From IMG/VR virus record IMGVR_UViG_3300021420_000022, positions 1 to 64,000 of that record: a stretch of DNA of 64,000 nucleotides. The stretch is one strand, 5' to 3'. A program made the translations under genes and the position numbers. The notes under the pieces are model-generated. The model was not told the DNA's origin. It ran no database searches and saw nothing but the letters and a program-made list of their open reading frames with translations. Shown one piece after another: positions 37,773-46,695 of this stretch (the stretch's first letter is position 1; the number at the start of each line of letters is the position of its first letter). The stretch is from a virus.

Positions 37773-39170
37773 TTAGTCCTCGAAAGCAATACGAGGATTC
37801 GATGGGGCCGCCGGAGGTGCCGGAGGAACGTTAGGCGGCGAGTCCGGTAGGTTCAACAGAATGATTTCAACTTGAACATTCTGCCAAACAACTGAGCCGT
37901 CCGTCGTGTTTCCGTTCAAAACTGTCGAAAACGGTGGACGTACCGATCCGGAAATGCCCGAAGTCTTCACCAGCTGGAAATTCAGTCCGTCAAATATAAT
38001 CTGACCAGCGGTATACTTCGTATTTGGCGTCCAAAGTCCAGCAAACGGGCTGGCGAGCATCATGACGACGGAATCTGTGTCCAACGTCACTGCGCCAGTG
38101 CGAGCCAGAGCTCGACCATTCAGGTCTACGCCTGTCGTAATCGTGATAGACGCCTGCGCGAGGATGTTTCCGGCGAACTGGGTGTTCGTTCCGAATGTAG
38201 CGGAACTCCCAACGATCCAGAAAACGTTATTCGCTTGCGCTCCGCCAACCAAAACGACCGCGCTGTTGTTCGTCGCGGTAGTAAGGGTGGAACCGATCTG
38301 GAAAATCCAGACCGCGTTCGGATTTCCTTGAGCGTCGAGGGTCAACTGACCTGTGATCGCCAAAGAACTTGCGGAATTATAGACGCCCGGGGCCAGTCGC
38401 TGACCGCCGATGTCACCAGACAAGGTAACAGCGCCGGTGCGCGACATACCGTCAGCAAAAGCATTAGTCAATGCGTTCTGCGCGGCAGCGGCAACGAAGT
38501 CACCGGGATGGAAAACGCCCGAGATCGATGCCGGGAAACCAAATCCGGTGATCGACGTGCCGGGGAAAACGCCAACGTCGCCATTTACGACGGTAGCGCC
38601 CGTGTTCGTGACGGTCGATCCGGCCAAAACACCGAAGCTAGCCAACGCTGACATAGTCAACGGCGCGGGAGTTGGGGCAAACGGAACAGCCGGAGTGAAG
38701 ACCTCGACTGAGTCCTTGCTCTCAACACCATTCAAAACAGTTGTTATTTCGTAGACATACGCTTGCCCGGGGACAACCGTGCTGTCGTAGAAATACGGAT
38801 TGAGCTGAGCCAAAGCGCTACTGCCTGTTTCAGCGGCACCGCTAGGATTCGTTACGGTAATCGACGTGGCCGTAGAAGAAATAACCTTAAACGAACCGTT
38901 GTTTACCGAGTTAGAACAACCAGAAATCGTGATAAGCAAACCGACGTAAGCGTCATCTGACGCGCCGTTCGGAATCGTACCGTTGTAGGTTGTCTGCGAG
39001 CCGTTCAGGACCGCGTTAACCGAGGCCAACGAGAACGGCGGAAGCTGTGTTATCAAGGATGCGTTCAACGGAGTCGCTGACTCGTTGCCTGACGCTGTAC
39101 CTCGATAAATATTCCAGCCGGAGACCGGAGTTACGCTCGGGTCCCAAGTTAGAATGATCTCATTTTGCAT
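37773..39170 (-). CDS. DUF3494 (IBP-1) ice-binding protein fused to FN3-like and CBM5/12-like domains
   Basis: FGVLAGSTVTNTG, LAPGVY, LTLDAQGNPNAVWIFQIGSTLTT, GGAQANNVFW.VGSSAT and NGRALARTGAVTLD motifs. Confidence 0.93.
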   Translation of the reverse strand: MQNEIILTWDPSVTPVSGWNIYRGTASGNESATPLNASLITQLPPFSLASVNAVLNGSQTTYNGTIPNGASDDAYVGLLITISGCSNSVNNGSFKVISSTATSITVTNPSGAAETGSSALAQLNPYFYDSTVVPGQAYVYEITTVLNGVESKDSVEVFTPAVPFAPTPAPLTMSALASFGVLAGSTVTNTGATVVNGDVGVFPGTSITGFGFPASISGVFHPGDFVAAAAQNALTNAFADGMSRTGAVTLSGDIGGQRLAPGVYNSASSLAITGQLTLDAQGNPNAVWIFQIGSTLTTATNNSAVVLVGGAQANNVFWIVGSSATFGTNTQFAGNILAQASITITTGVDLNGRALARTGAVTLDTDSVVMMLASPFAGLWTPNTKYTAGQIIFDGLNFQLVKTSGISGSVRPPFSTVLNGNTTDGSVVWQNVQVEIILLNLPDSPPNVPPAPPAAPSNPRIAFED

Positions 39171-39372
39171 CTTATGTCTCCTTTGAATAGGGCCTCTTTC
39201 GTGAAAGGTGTCTTCTTTAAGACACCTTCCTCCGAAAAAAAAAAAAATCAGAGGTCTTACTTAATGCCACTTACTTGTAACGCCTGACCGATGCGTTCGC
39301 CTGACTGATGCGAAAAGTAAATGATTCTTTTCAAAGGAGCCACTGCTTCTCAAATCATGATGCGAAAACAAA

Positions 39373-40107
39373 TTATTGCTCTAAAGCTTTTAAGTTCGAT
39401 CCCTGAACAGGATATGAATCCATCGGCAATGTGTACATCTTGCCGTCCTGATCGAGGTGAACTGGAAGAACTCCTCCGTGCGCCAGAATCTTAAATCCGG
39501 CGTCGGTTACTTTCTTACAAAAATACAAGTCGTCGGTGCCTTCACGATGACCGAGAGACATATCCTCAGTGCCAACTCTGATCGTTTGATCGATTGGCGT
39601 CTCGTGTGGCTCAAAAAACCAAGGCTGCGAGATAGATTTGAACACTTCCGTCTTAATCATCGTGCATCCGAGCCCCAATCCTTGGCACTCGAACACATCG
39701 CCAATCTTCCACTGCCAGAAAGGTCCTCCGCCTATTTCCTTAAAGACTAACGGGCTCGGCATATCCTCTTTCGTGCAATAGATGCCGCCACAAATCATCG
39801 CGTTCAAATTGTTTGCTAACTGAAAGTGCAAATACTTGAGAGCAAAATTCGGGCAACAAGTATCGTCATCGATGAAACACAGGTACTCAAAACCCGCCGA
39901 AATCGCTTTCTCGACAACCTTGGTTCGATTGTCTGCGCGATCTACGCCAACCGGCTTGGGGTTGTTTTTATCACTGACCGCAACGATCCAGCCTATGTTC
40001 ATACCTACTGGACCATTAATCGAAAGCATTGGCAGCGTCAAGCTCCAACGAATATCTGTTTTTCTACCACTGCTTATAATGCCTACTGCCAATCCTGCCA
40101 TAATCAC
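39373..40107 (-). CDS. Glycosyltransferase (GT-A fold, GT2-like)
   Basis: YLCFIDDD DxD motif; G.GCTMI...VF and DDLYFC motifs. Confidence 0.85.
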   Translation of the reverse strand: MIMAGLAVGIISSGRKTDIRWSLTLPMLSINGPVGMNIGWIVAVSDKNNPKPVGVDRADNRTKVVEKAISAGFEYLCFIDDDTCCPNFALKYLHFQLANNLNAMICGGIYCTKEDMPSPLVFKEIGGGPFWQWKIGDVFECQGLGLGCTMIKTEVFKSISQPWFFEPHETPIDQTIRVGTEDMSLGHREGTDDLYFCKKVTDAGFKILAHGGVLPVHLDQDGKMYTLPMDSYPVQGSNLKALEQ

Positions 40108-40111
40108 CTAC

Positions 40112-42661
40112 TCAGACAAAGAAGACTCCGCCAGTAACTGCGACAGCGGTGGTTCCGTTCTCTACCGTCGTAGCTGCGAATCCGATTCCTGTAGAAAAGT
40201 TCATTAAAGCAAAAGCACCGATAGGTATGGTTAACGTCGCTGAAGCTGGGATTGCAAACGCCATGACGACCGCTGTCGTCCCCAAAACTGGTGTGCCCGA
40301 CGTATTAAAAAATTCAGCAAACGTAACTGCGGCTGCGCTGTTCGTTAATACCACGCCGTACAAGTTCCCCGCTGTCGCTTTCAAATTAACAGCCGCGCCG
40401 CTGGCGTTTACAAATTTTGGAGTACAAGCTGCCGCCGCTGGAGACGCGGGAGCATGCTCTGTCCATACGGCATTCGTTGACGCTGCGCCCGTATTGATCG
40501 CCGAGTCCAACGTCGCTGCTGCGTTGCCAACAATCCCAACGAGCTGCGTGCCAGCTGCCGCCGTATTCATGACGTGCGAGCCGACGAGGGGCTGGACAAC
40601 CAACGATGTATCTGTCGCTGCCGCCGCAACTGACGCGGCCTTGACAGTCAGTACTGTAAAATTCGTGCCGCCTGCGACAGAGCCGCCACCAACCATCAGA
40701 CCGTTGGTCGGAACTGCTGAGCCATTAGCCTGATCGAGCGTTGCTGCTGCGTTGCCGACTATGCCGACAAGTTGTGTACCTGCAGCCGCCGTGTTCATCA
40801 CGTGACTGCCGACTAGGGGCATCACTACGAGCGCGGTATCTGTGGCCGCTGCCGCTGTGGACGCCGCTTTAACGGTCAGGACAGTAAAGTTTGTGCCGCC
40901 CGCAACAGAACCTCCACCAACCATTAACCCGTTGGTGGGGACTGCGGAACCGTTCGCCTGATCTAAGGTCGCGTTCGCGTTGCCGGTGATACCGACTTTC
41001 TGAACGCCCGCCGCTGCGGTAACTGTAGCTGTGCCTGCGACCGACGACAAATCCGTTTTCAGTGCGGTCGTTCCGACAATCACTCCAGCTTTCGTCGTGC
41101 CGTCAGTGATCGATGCAAAAAGTCCGTTCGTGACAGAACTCGTGACGCCGAGGACACCGACGACGTTCACATCCTGAACGCCAGCGGCTGTCGTCGTCTG
41201 ATTACTGCGCGCCCGAGTTCCGGCAACGTAAATATCTGAACTGGTGCCGATGACAACGCCGGTCGGCGCTGTGCCGAATGACTGCGGAGTTCCGAGAACT
41301 GTGGACGCAACCTGAGTCAGGTTGTCAACCCACGGGCTCGTCGACTGTGTGACCGCTACCGTGCCGGTGATCGTCGTCGACGTTAAAGACACAACCCAAG
41401 GTGAAGTACTCTGCGTAACTGCTAAGGTCGCGTTCCCAACTGTAACCGTGCCACCAATCGTGACTGTGGATTCGCACGCGGCAGCTTGGGCGATGACGCC
41501 CACTGCAACTGTGCCAGTGCCTGAAATAACCGTACTCAAACGGACACGAAATTGAACCCAGCCTGAGACATCAAAACTATAGCCTTGATTAACGCTCTGC
41601 TGTAGCGTGTACGTCGAACCACTAACAAAAGATTGTTCTTGAGCGCCCTGAATCGGATACCAGTTAGTGCCTGCGACCGTGTCACTAACTTCAAAAGTGA
41701 CTACGCCGCCCGTGATCGTCGTGCCTTGGTTCAGGCTAACCGCTACAGTGTTATAACCGATGACCGTCAAAGCCAACGCGGTATTTACCGTGGTCGCGGA
41801 AGTCCATGACGCGGTCGTTTCGGCAAGTTGACCGCCAATGACTGGCCATCCTGCAGTAACTGCGGCTGCGGTGCCCTGATTCGCTGTAAGCGAACCAGAA
41901 TCAACTATGACGTGCTGCGGAGCCGTGAAACTAATAACCCACGGCGAAGTCTGCTGCGTAACACCGACGTTTGCTGCAATACTAACCGGTTGCGTTGCCT
42001 GAAAGAATGTGCCGGTGACCGCTATCGAAGCATTCGATACGTCCACCAAAAGATTCTGAGAAGGATCAACCTTAAGCGCACGAATTTTTGAGTTGACGCT
42101 GTCCCAGCCGCTGGCGAGCGTGCCCGTGGGGGTTGCCCCGGAGGCCGCGTTGTCTGCGTACTGAACTCCACCGCCGCCACCGCTATCAACGATGACGTGC
42201 TGGGGCGCTTGAAAGCTGACGACCCACGGAACAGTTCCCTGCGTAACGCTACCACCACCGCCACTGCCACCTGAGCCCTGCGGCATCGAGGAGGCGATAG
42301 AAGCGTAGACGTTAAAGGAGGTTCCGCCAACGAACGACGTGCAGTTCAGCCGGTATTGGCCGGTTGCCGAGCACGGGAAGTAGGTGACCGGACTCGTTAA
42401 CGGGGTCCACGTCCCGACAGTTTGAAACTGCGGCGTGCCGGAGAAAGTGATCGGAGACCACTCTAGATTGATCGCTAGGCCGGTAAAGACGCCAACAATA
42501 TCTGTGATCGCGAGCTCGAAGACCGCCGGATACAACTGACCGGGGTAATTGTTCTCTCCTGCCGAGTCGTGCGCGAATGTTGTTGCACTTGCACCGACGC
42601 CCGTCGAGGAAATTACCAGAATTGGATCGGCGTTGCCGGGAATCTGAACGATGCCTGACAT
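40112..42661 (-). CDS. Long fibre / beta-strand repeat virion protein
   Basis: VTQ.TSPWV repeats, an internal duplication of about 79 aa, C-terminal KATAGNLYG domain. Confidence 0.7.
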   Translation of the reverse strand: MSGIVQIPGNADPILVISSTGVGASATTFAHDSAGENNYPGQLYPAVFELAITDIVGVFTGLAINLEWSPITFSGTPQFQTVGTWTPLTSPVTYFPCSATGQYRLNCTSFVGGTSFNVYASIASSMPQGSGGSGGGGSVTQGTVPWVVSFQAPQHVIVDSGGGGGVQYADNAASGATPTGTLASGWDSVNSKIRALKVDPSQNLLVDVSNASIAVTGTFFQATQPVSIAANVGVTQQTSPWVISFTAPQHVIVDSGSLTANQGTAAAVTAGWPVIGGQLAETTASWTSATTVNTALALTVIGYNTVAVSLNQGTTITGGVVTFEVSDTVAGTNWYPIQGAQEQSFVSGSTYTLQQSVNQGYSFDVSGWVQFRVRLSTVISGTGTVAVGVIAQAAACESTVTIGGTVTVGNATLAVTQSTSPWVVSLTSTTITGTVAVTQSTSPWVDNLTQVASTVLGTPQSFGTAPTGVVIGTSSDIYVAGTRARSNQTTTAAGVQDVNVVGVLGVTSSVTNGLFASITDGTTKAGVIVGTTALKTDLSSVAGTATVTAAAGVQKVGITGNANATLDQANGSAVPTNGLMVGGGSVAGGTNFTVLTVKAASTAAAATDTALVVMPLVGSHVMNTAAAGTQLVGIVGNAAATLDQANGSAVPTNGLMVGGGSVAGGTNFTVLTVKAASVAAAATDTSLVVQPLVGSHVMNTAAAGTQLVGIVGNAAATLDSAINTGAASTNAVWTEHAPASPAAAACTPKFVNASGAAVNLKATAGNLYGVVLTNSAAAVTFAEFFNTSGTPVLGTTAVVMAFAIPASATLTIPIGAFALMNFSTGIGFAATTVENGTTAVAVTGGVFFV
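40500..41000 (-). repeat. Internal tandem duplication of about 237 bp (protein nearly identical, synonymous sites diverged)
   Basis: Two copies of LDQANGSAVPTNGLMVGGGSVAGGTNFTVLTVKAAS...LVGSHVMNTAAAGTQLVGIVGNAAATLD. Confidence 0.85.
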
Positions 42662-42664
42662 CGC

Positions 42665-42922
42665 TCACTTCCCCGCTAACTTAGCCCGTAGCGTACTCGC
42701 GTCGTAATGAATCATGTCCCGAAAAACTCGGGCGTCGTGCCGGATCATGATCTCGCTCTTGTTGACCATCTCATCGAGATGAATGATGACCATTTTCCGA
42801 AGAGCTTGCGCATCTGCCGTCAACGGTAAAAACTTGAACACATTGAACTGACGAACTACGAAGCCGGAAATAAAGAATCCCAGCGCCCCAATCGAGGCCA
42901 TGATGTAGGGGAACATGATCAC
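42665..42922 (-). CDS. Small membrane-anchored protein
   Basis: N-terminal TM helix; GTGA coupling. Confidence 0.6.
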   Translation of the reverse strand: MIMFPYIMASIGALGFFISGFVVRQFNVFKFLPLTADAQALRKMVIIHLDEMVNKSEIMIRHDARVFRDMIHYDASTLRAKLAGK

Positions 42923-43170
42923 CCAATTGTTTCTTTGTATTCGTCCAGAACGCCAAGCATAAAATTCAGGGCGTCTTCGCGATTCGAGATCGAGACCCGA
43001 ACCAGTTTAATGATTGCTTCCCTCAAATCTGCTTCGGTAGGAAAGACAACGTGGAGTCGATGCGCTGGACAAAAAGCGCCGTCGATCAAGAGCTCTACCT
43101 TCGACCCCAGAAATTTGTTGAGCGTTATTGCGCGGTCAGGATATTCCGCGATGCGGCTGTCTTTGATCAT
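42919..43170 (-). CDS. Hypothetical protein
   Basis: ATGA coupling at 43167-43170. Confidence 0.6.
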   Translation of the reverse strand: MIKDSRIAEYPDRAITLNKFLGSKVELLIDGAFCPAHRLHVVFPTEADLREAIIKLVRVSISNREDALNFMLGVLDEYKETIG

Positions 43171-43445
43171 TTGACGAGCTCCGCGAGCGCCGCTTTCTTC
43201 TCGTCGAAAGCTTGCGTCCGTGTGGTCAACTCTACTTTCGCCGCGTTCCAATCTTCTTCGATTTGAGCGATGCGATCTTTCGCCGTATTGAGCGCCGCTT
43301 CAGCGTCGACGAAATTCTTAGACGCGATCAGCATCGGATGAACGGTGGCTCCGATTACGACGGCTTCAGCGACTTTAGAGACGGGACTTGAGGATCGAAA
43401 TCCAGCGATAAGACTCTCGACTGCGTCAGATGCGACTGCTGACAT
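43167..43445 (-). CDS. Coiled-coil hypothetical protein
   Basis: SD AGGAGG before MSAVAS. Confidence 0.65.
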   Translation of the reverse strand: MSAVASDAVESLIAGFRSSSPVSKVAEAVVIGATVHPMLIASKNFVDAEAALNTAKDRIAQIEEDWNAAKVELTTRTQAFDEKKAALAELVK

Positions 43446-43459
43446 GCTGCCTCCTAACT

Positions 43460-43780
43460 TCAGAAAAATTGTCGTCCGTATTTCGTTTGTGCTGCTTTGA
43501 AAAAGCACTTGTAAAATTTGTCGCCGTGACCATGCGATCCGGAAACCAAATGTGCGATCTCGTGAATCAAACACGCGCCGGTTAGAGTGCGCGAAAATAT
43601 CATGCCATTGTGCATGCGCATTGTCGCGCCTTCGGAGCCATACCTGTTGCCGTACGGGCGGACCCAGCCAAGGTCTTTCTTCATGCGCTTAAAGCGAAGG
43701 CGAATGCGTCTTGGCGGAGTCCAGTGAAATGCTTTCTTGCAAATCTCGTCACACAAGCCCCGAAGTTCGTTGTTTTTCAT
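43460..43780 (-). CDS. SprT/WLM-like HEXXH metallopeptidase
   Basis: LIHEIAHL...HGHG.KF motif. Confidence 0.75.
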   Translation of the reverse strand: MKNNELRGLCDEICKKAFHWTPPRRIRLRFKRMKKDLGWVRPYGNRYGSEGATMRMHNGMIFSRTLTGACLIHEIAHLVSGSHGHGDKFYKCFFKAAQTKYGRQFF

Positions 43781-43904
43781 TAGGCCGCCTCGGGTGCGCG
43801 CCAGCGGCGCAATACTTCACGTGACGCTTGCAAGCCGACCAGTGCGGGAAATCTGTGCGCCCGCAATGCGGACACTTGGGCGCGATGGGCTGCGGAGGAG
43901 TCAT
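43749..43904 (-). CDS. Small zinc-finger protein (51 aa), absent from the ORF track
   Basis: TAATG coupling; CPHC...RH..YC motif. Confidence 0.5.
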   Translation of the reverse strand: MTPPQPIAPKCPHCGRTDFPHWSACKRHVKYCAAGAHPRRPNEKQRTSGLV

Positions 43905-44131
43905 TAAGCGCCGGGATTTTTCCCAAACATCGTTGAGAATTTATTCACTCCGTACGGACCGAGAATAAATGTCGACGCCCCGCCCATCACAGTTACGTCG
44001 GGCATCGTATGAGTCGGCCAATACGAATGCATCATTAACGATATCACTGCGCCAGCGTGGATGTACGTCAAAATCCGAGCGGAAGAGATCGAGCCGTCCG
44101 TCTCGCTAAACATATTTTTTAGAAAACCCAT
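43904..44131 (-). CDS. Small 2-TM holin-like protein (paralog of 22620-22844)
   Basis: 36 of 74 identical residues in an ungapped manual alignment with 22620-22844. Confidence 0.65.
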   Translation of the reverse strand: MGFLKNMFSETDGSISSARILTYIHAGAVISLMMHSYWPTHTMPDVTVMGGASTFILGPYGVNKFSTMFGKNPGA

Positions 44132-44188
44132 AGCGAACTCCCCGAAGCACGTATCGGATAAGGTGTCGACACGGTCGTCACTTCTGAA

Positions 44189-44608
44189 TCAATTTACTGT
44201 CGCCACAGGCTCGGTAGCGGAAGCGCCGGGAGGCGTGGGTCCGGCGGCCTCGATGCGGTACACGTTATAGATTGCACCCGGCGTAAGCGAAGCTATCCAA
44301 CTAAGCGTGACTGTGTGTATCTTCCCGTCATTTGGGATGTCTGCGGGATTACTCACGAGGGGCGCGGATTCTCCAATGATCGGTTGACCCGACGTATTTA
44401 ACCCGCACGGTCCAGCGGTGGCTGGCGCTACTGGCTGCGCGCAAAACGAGGTAATCTGATATTCGTAGACCGCGCCGTCCGTTACCGCCGTGTCGATCTG
44501 CGAAAGACCGTTGGTGGATGCAATCTTGGTATAGCCTGTGGTGGCTTGCGCGAACACACGCCACGGAAAAAACAGAAGCAGCCCGATAAAGAGAGCGCGT
44601 TTCATCAC
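44189..44608 (-). CDS. Secreted FN3-like protein
   Basis: Signal peptide ending VFA-Q; YEYQIT and VTLSW.AS....YNVYR motifs in permuted order. Confidence 0.75.
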   Translation of the reverse strand: MMKRALFIGLLLFFPWRVFAQATTGYTKIASTNGLSQIDTAVTDGAVYEYQITSFCAQPVAPATAGPCGLNTSGQPIIGESAPLVSNPADIPNDGKIHTVTLSWIASLTPGAIYNVYRIEAAGPTPPGASATEPVATVN

Positions 44609-46695
44609 AGTCTCGGCTGGCGGCCGGGAACCAGACCGTTGCCGCCGCCTGTTACAAACTCTAAAGCTCCGTCGCTGGGAGGGCTGTGGTACGGCAGTCC
44701 GTTGTAGTCGTTCGTTAGTCCGCCGATGGCAACGCCTGCATATTTGGCGGGACTGCTAGAAGTTATGTTGAAGTTGAAATTATCCAGTAACGATTCTTGT
44801 AAAAAACTCTGCAACGGCTCGTTTGTGAACAGAGGGTCACTTACAGTCTCACCAGCAAAATCCCCCGCACCACAGGCAACGCCCTCGTTCGATTGCGGGG
44901 AACATGATGCGGCCGTGAATCCATAATAAACATTATTAGTGCGTGTGGTCCAATAGGAATCGTGAGTCACGCCAAAGCTTAGATTGCACGACGTATAGCA
45001 AAAGACTCCTATTTGCTGGCCTGCCACGACTGGATTGTTGGGGTCGGTATAGCCCAAGAAAATGTTGTTCCGCATGATGCGCGGACCGCCGTTGCAGGTG
45101 TTCCCAGCTTGGGTAATGTTCACCGTTAGCCCAGTACCGTGCCCTCCACTGGTGGTCTGATTGGTTGTACCGCTAGTGAAAAAGTAATTGCCTCCAGTTG
45201 TCAGCGACAAACCTGTAACAACGCCGCCGCTCACCGAAGTCACCGTGAACGTGTCTCCCAACGCGGCATTGGTGAACAGATAGACCACATCGTTGACTTG
45301 GTAGCCGGTGCCCCCGTTATTAATGGCAACCGTCGCTATTTGATTGCCACAGGAAAAGTCCCCTCCAGTTTTTGTACTAGCCATCACGAAGGAGTTATTG
45401 TCCATCTCTATGGAGCCGGCGACTGGCCAGTAAAACTGCATGGCGGCTCCGTCTGCTCGGCACGGGTCAGCGAAATACTGGTTGTAGTTTGCTGGCGCTC
45501 CAGTGAACGCAACGGCTAGCCGATAGCAGTTGGACATTATCAGGTTGTTCTGCATCAGCACAGAGCCAGAAGGTTGCGATGAAAGTTTGATTGCCACCCC
45601 TCCATTTCCGTACCAAATCGAATTTCTAATCGTGTGAGAGGCAACGTAGGTATGAGGCCCAAGATAGCCATCTTTGGTGTTGTAGCGCACGATGCAGTAA
45701 TTGCAGATGAACGAAGAAAGAGCGGCATCCTGACCGCTCCACGAATCCCCGAATCCACCCGTACTCTGGCTGTAGCAAGACACTGCGGGATAGGTGTCTA
45801 CAATGGGATATTCTTCGTTGCAACCATTCCACTCCATTGTGACGTACTCGTTGTCTACACTGGCGCTGGTGTCGTTCAGATGGTTGTCGCCATTGTCAAA
45901 GTCCCAACCGGCAAAACCGTTGAACGCGATTCGAACACGATTCAGAGTGATATTCGGTCCAACGAATCCTCCAATACCGGTTTCGACCAGGCCGTGAATG
46001 TTCATGTCCTGAAGCAAGATGTCGTGTGGAATGATAACTATGCAACAGCCTTGGCCCAATAGGATGCCTTTAACAGCGTAGTCGTCATAGGGGATAAAGT
46101 TTTGGCAACCCGAAGGGAACGCAGGCGAACCAGTGAGGACGCAATTTGAGTGATCGGTTATCTCGATGCACTCCATGTCCACAAAAGCAGTGTTTGAAAG
46201 ACTCCAAACATAATTTTGGCCGAAGCCACCGTAGAGTTGTGTCTCGGCCGAACTATTTGTGCAGTTGGCGTAATTCTCCCCGAGAAAGCGCGTATGCTGA
46301 CCAGAGGTTCCGGCTGGAGGGCTTGGGGAATAGCATAGATAGGGCACGCCACCGCCACATCCCCAGTTGTTGAACTTCCCAGTGAGAGTTCCGTTGGTGG
46401 CCCCTGTTCTCCAAGGGCCGCCACGAATGATGACGGTATCTCCGCCCGAAATAGCCCAACTGCCAGCGTCGCTCCCATCCGCCCACAAATAACGCACATC
46501 GCCAAAGGCGCACGGTTGGTTCGTCCCGCTACCAGGATCGGCGGCGTCGTGTTGACCATCGCATCGTCCGGCAGGTGAGTTCGCGGCGTTGTAGCGAGAA
46601 CCTCCGTCGTTGCGAACATACCAAGTGGTTGCGTGCGTCGAGATTGGGATTACAACCAGCAAAGACAGCGAAAGCACTCGCACAATCGTTCTCAC
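44605..46695 (-). CDS. Secreted right-handed beta-helix protein (polysaccharide lyase-like), Cys-rich
   Basis: Signal peptide THA-TTWYVR; beta-helix repeats; C-terminal DP.F...SSSPA..G..P..GALEF anchor-like motif. Confidence 0.75.
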   Translation of the reverse strand: MRTIVRVLSLSLLVVIPISTHATTWYVRNDGGSRYNAANSPAGRCDGQHDAADPGSGTNQPCAFGDVRYLWADGSDAGSWAISGGDTVIIRGGPWRTGATNGTLTGKFNNWGCGGGVPYLCYSPSPPAGTSGQHTRFLGENYANCTNSSAETQLYGGFGQNYVWSLSNTAFVDMECIEITDHSNCVLTGSPAFPSGCQNFIPYDDYAVKGILLGQGCCIVIIPHDILLQDMNIHGLVETGIGGFVGPNITLNRVRIAFNGFAGWDFDNGDNHLNDTSASVDNEYVTMEWNGCNEEYPIVDTYPAVSCYSQSTGGFGDSWSGQDAALSSFICNYCIVRYNTKDGYLGPHTYVASHTIRNSIWYGNGGVAIKLSSQPSGSVLMQNNLIMSNCYRLAVAFTGAPANYNQYFADPCRADGAAMQFYWPVAGSIEMDNNSFVMASTKTGGDFSCGNQIATVAINNGGTGYQVNDVVYLFTNAALGDTFTVTSVSGGVVTGLSLTTGGNYFFTSGTTNQTTSGGHGTGLTVNITQAGNTCNGGPRIMRNNIFLGYTDPNNPVVAGQQIGVFCYTSCNLSFGVTHDSYWTTRTNNVYYGFTAASCSPQSNEGVACGAGDFAGETVSDPLFTNEPLQSFLQESLLDNFNFNITSSSPAKYAGVAIGGLTNDYNGLPYHSPPSDGALEFVTGGGNGLVPGRQPRL

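Noticed and set aside
36783-42661. Diversity-generating retroelement, suggested by the Mtd-N-like genes and an internal duplication
   Set aside because: No reverse transcriptase or Avd in the window; the duplication differs mainly at synonymous sites, not specifically at adenines
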